DNA of 57,903 bases from NCBI GenBank assembly GCA_964594755.1, contig CAZQMO010000006.1, forward strand, positions 1-57,903. The letters run 5' to 3'. Within the stretch, counting starts at the first letter, position 1. The number at the start of each line of letters is the position of its first letter. This document shows positions 55,553-57,903 of the stretch, one piece after another. Source of the stretch: an uncultured Candidatus Saccharibacteria bacterium (GTDB taxonomy: Bacteria; Patescibacteriota; Doudnabacteria; UBA920). The notes under the pieces were generated by a model. It saw only the letters and a program-made list of their open reading frames with translations, searched no databases and was not told the DNA's origin. Both the position numbers and the translations under genes were made by a program.

Positions 55553-56734
55553 ATGAAACAGGGAAGTAAGACAACTAAAAAGCGCGTACTTATGGCGCTT
55601 TCAGGCGGAATTGATTCTGCTGTTTCGGCGTATTTGCTGCAAAAAGCGGGTTACCAAGTTGAAGCCGCATTTATGAAAAACTGGTCCTCAACGGCTGGTT
55701 TAAAATATTCAGATTGTCCTTGGCTGATTGACCGCCAAGATGCGTTGCGCGTGGCTGCTCATTTGGGTATCCTTATGCACACAGTGAACTACGAAAAAGA
55801 ATATAAAAAGAGCGTAATGGATTATTTCTTTAAGGAATATCAGGCAGGACGCACGCCGAATCCCGATGTGATGTGCAATAAAGAAATCAAATTCAAAGTT
55901 TTATACAACTGGGCCATGAAGAACGGTTTTGATTACGTGGCAACCGGTCATTACGCCCAAGTCAAAAAAATAAAAAATAAGGCAGGGGAGGATTACCAAC
56001 TTAAGCGAAAATCCTCTGTCATTCCCGCGAAGGCGGGACTCCAGATTCCGAATCAAGCTCAGGATCACAATGGGTATACTTACCAACTCGTGCGGAGCAA
56101 AGATGAATTCAAAGATCAAACTTACTTCATTTATAATATCCAGCAATCACAACTCCCCCACTTGCTGTTCCCTATCGGCTCAAAGAAAAAATCCGAGGTT
56201 CGCGCTTTGGCCAAGAAGCTTAAGCTTCCGAATGCGGATAAAAAAGAAAGCATGGGGCTCTGCTTTGTGGGTCAGATTCGCTTAAAAGATTTTTTGTCAC
56301 AAAAAATTAAACCAAAAACCGGCCCAGTTGTTACCCAAGATGGCCAAAAGATTGGCGAGCATCAAGGCTTGCCGTATTACACGATTGGCCAGCGCCAAGG
56401 GATTAACGTTGGTCAAGGCGGACCCTGGTATGTGGTGAGCAAGAATCTAAAAACTAATACTTTGGTAGTTACCAATGACCCTAATGATCCGGCTTTGCAG
56501 ACTAAGGAGATTGAAATTCATAGCGTAAATTGGATTAGCAAGCCGCAATCATTTCCAGCTAAGCTTGTTGGTCGCTATCGCCATCAAGGCCAATTAGAAA
56601 AACTGACCATTATTCCAAAGGGCCGCAACCATTATGAAGTTAAGTTTGCCAAGCCTCAGACAGCTGTAGCTAGTGGCCAAAGTTTGGTGCTATACGACAA
56701 AAAAGTCTGCGTGGGCGGCGGGGTAATAAACTAA
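55553..56734 (+). CDS. mnmA: tRNA 2-thiouridylase MnmA
   Basis: SGGIDS PP-loop, TPNPDVMCN, ATGHYA, KDQTYF, ESMGLCF, YYTIGQRQG, SGQS. Confidence 0.97.
   Translation: MKQGSKTTKKRVLMALSGGIDSAVSAYLLQKAGYQVEAAFMKNWSSTAGLKYSDCPWLIDRQDALRVAAHLGILMHTVNYEKEYKKSVMDYFFKEYQAGRTPNPDVMCNKEIKFKVLYNWAMKNGFDYVATGHYAQVKKIKNKAGEDYQLKRKSSVIPAKAGLQIPNQAQDHNGYTYQLVRSKDEFKDQTYFIYNIQQSQLPHLLFPIGSKKKSEVRALAKKLKLPNADKKESMGLCFVGQIRLKDFLSQKIKPKTGPVVTQDGQKIGEHQGLPYYTIGQRQGINVGQGGPWYVVSKNLKTNTLVVTNDPNDPALQTKEIEIHSVNWISKPQSFPAKLVGRYRHQGQLEKLTIIPKGRNHYEVKFAKPQTAVASGQSLVLYDKKVCVGGGVIN
55993..56088. mobile_element. 87-bp in-frame insertion in mnmA carrying a TGTCATTCCCGCGAAGGCGGG palindromic element
   Basis: TTACCAACT direct repeat at 55993-56001 and 56080-56088; element at 56017-56069 resembles 1885-1950. 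Confidence 0.85.
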
Positions 56735-56756
56735 AACGACCAGGACTCTGGTCGTT

Positions 56757-57320
56757 TTATTCTGAGCTTAAGTCTGCGGTGTTAACAATGCCTGCCAGTT
56801 CGGCCCGGTAGTTTTGGGCAGCACTACCGTCAAAGACATAGTAATATTCACCATACTTAATTTGATAAATATTATTGTAATAGTTGGTGGCTTCATAACC
56901 ATTGGCTGTGACGAAGGTCATTTTGCCAAAGGCGCGAGGCTCGGCTGGCTCGGTTTTAGTTAAATAAATTTTAATCTGTGCGCGAGGATCATTGCGGGTG
57001 ACATAAACAATATACAAGTCATCAATGTCATCATTCCAAGTAACGTTCCAACCCTGCGGCCGGAGAAAAGTGAGCGGGTAGTCTTGATCTACGAACTCAT
57101 TCCATCTAGCTGTATCAGCTGGTTGAACTTGAGGAAACTCTGGTTCTGGAACTGATTCTTTTGTTGGAGTTTGTTCCTGGCTTATAGTCTTATCAATTTC
57201 ATCTTGAACATAGAGTTTGTTAATCCGGGTCAAAACTAAAGCTGCATACACTGTGCAGAGTACGATAATAATTAAGATTATAAAGCTTCTACTGGGAGTT
57301 GAGTGATGAGTCAATTTCAT
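56757..57320 (-). CDS. Membrane-anchored extracellular hypothetical protein
   Basis: N-terminal TM followed by a small globular domain. Confidence 0.7.
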   Translation of the reverse strand: MKLTHHSTPSRSFIILIIIVLCTVYAALVLTRINKLYVQDEIDKTISQEQTPTKESVPEPEFPQVQPADTARWNEFVDQDYPLTFLRPQGWNVTWNDDIDDLYIVYVTRNDPRAQIKIYLTKTEPAEPRAFGKMTFVTANGYEATNYYNNIYQIKYGEYYYVFDGSAAQNYRAELAGIVNTADLSSE

Positions 57321-57552
57321 CGTATGTTTCTTTAGCTTGATCGAATTTTTGTTTGGCGTCTACGCTGTTGCCATAAACGTCGGAGATATTACTTTCGTTA
57401 CCGCAATAATAGAAATTGTTTGTTAAGGCTACACAATAACCGGGATTCTTTTGAACATAAGAGTATTTTGGCAAAAACCAAACTAAAAATATCACCACGG
57501 CAATTACGACTAAGTAAAATACGTATTTAGCGATATGGAACATATGAGGCAT
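57289..57552 (-). CDS. Small single-TM hypothetical protein with a Cys pair
   Basis: Hydrophobic N-terminus, C-x9-C, overlaps the next gene by 32 nt. Confidence 0.65.
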   Translation of the reverse strand: MPHMFHIAKYVFYLVVIAVVIFLVWFLPKYSYVQKNPGYCVALTNNFYYCGNESNISDVYGNSVDAKQKFDQAKETYDEIDSSLNSQ

Positions 57553-57607
57553 TGGTTTGGTTTCAGGTGTCGGACTTTTGTTTATTATAGCACAAACAAG
57601 GGTTAGG

Positions 57608-57636
57608 TTGAAAATAACTGCAATCTAGATTATAAT
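57608..57636 (+). promoter_or_regulatory. sigma70 promoter upstream of the tRNA-derived array
   Basis: TTGAAA(57608)-17-TATAAT(57631). Confidence 0.75.
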
Positions 57637-57644
57637 AGTCCTAC

Positions 57645-57699
57645 TGTCATTCTGGCAGCTACAAACGAGCCGTAGGCGAGTGCGGGCTAGCCGGAATCT
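57645..57699. repeat. Half copy of the TGTCATTC...GGAATC palindromic family
   Basis: ATTCTGGC/GCCGGAAT stem enclosing GCC-GTA-GGC; no terminal GACA. Confidence 0.6.
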
Positions 57700-57711
57700 A
57701 TTTGTAAATGA

Positions 57712-57903
57712 TGGGGTATAGTCATCCGCCAACTGGCGGAGGTAGGCAAGCGCCATAGGCTTACGCCAGTAAGCCGTTAATCTTAGAGGTCCGCTTTGAG
57801 CGGACAAATAGCCAGGTCAGTTAAAAATTGAAATCGATGGGGTATAGCCATCCGCCAACTGGCGGAGGTAGGCAAGCGCCATAGGCTTACGCCAGTAAGC
57901 CGT
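57712..57903 (+). repeat. Tandem tRNA-Gln-derived repeat units B (57712-57837) and C (57838 to window end)
   Basis: 126-bp period; near-identical to the reverse complement of 52407-52530. Confidence 0.9.

Noticed and set aside
57625-57807. 60-aa minus-strand ORF (and 44249-44512, 44334-44531, 56070-56285)
   Set aside because: These are shadow ORFs running through structured repeats, promoters or real genes, with no SD or recognisable motifs.
57712-57903. CRISPR array interpretation of the tandem repeat
   Set aside because: Units are about 125 bp and conserved along their whole length, with no unique spacers and no cas genes; they derive from tRNA-Gln.

Overview
57.9 kb of chromosome, most likely from a Candidate Phyla Radiation (Patescibacteria, Parcubacteria-like) bacterium. 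The lineage is inferred from the absence of rpmD between rpsE and rplO, the mostly SD-less core genes, a CPR-type VirB4/TraG-like ATPase and TGA used as stop. Core content: the end of the spc ribosomal operon (rpsH-rplF-rplR-rpsE-rplO-secY), dnaX, htrA, yqgF, a glycolysis/pentose-phosphate supercluster (galT-like, tpiA, rpiB, rpe, split tkt, PfkB kinase, fba, gap, pgk, eno, gpmI), recJ, rnhA, murA, mreB, dinB, a two-component pair, mraZ-rsmH-ftsL-like-ftsI, PBP1A, tRNA-Gln(TTG), ybaB and mnmA. The most interesting signals are non-coding or below the ORF cut-off. (1) A ~125-bp repeat is a tRNA-Gln 5' fragment inflated by three hairpins; it lies in the pre-tRNA leader and again as a promoter-preceded tandem array 5 kb away. 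(2) One structured element with compensatory base changes precedes both dnaX and mraZ. (3) Palindromic micro-elements are inserted in frame in mnmA (87 bp, 9-bp flanking direct repeat) and dinB. (4) A three-gene orphan cassette is bounded by an 18-bp direct repeat. (5) Two 36-aa membrane peptides are encoded antisense between gap and pgk. (6) Many orphan genes carry their own promoter, strong SD and terminator in an otherwise SD-poor genome. All calls are by eye; no database search or folding program was run.
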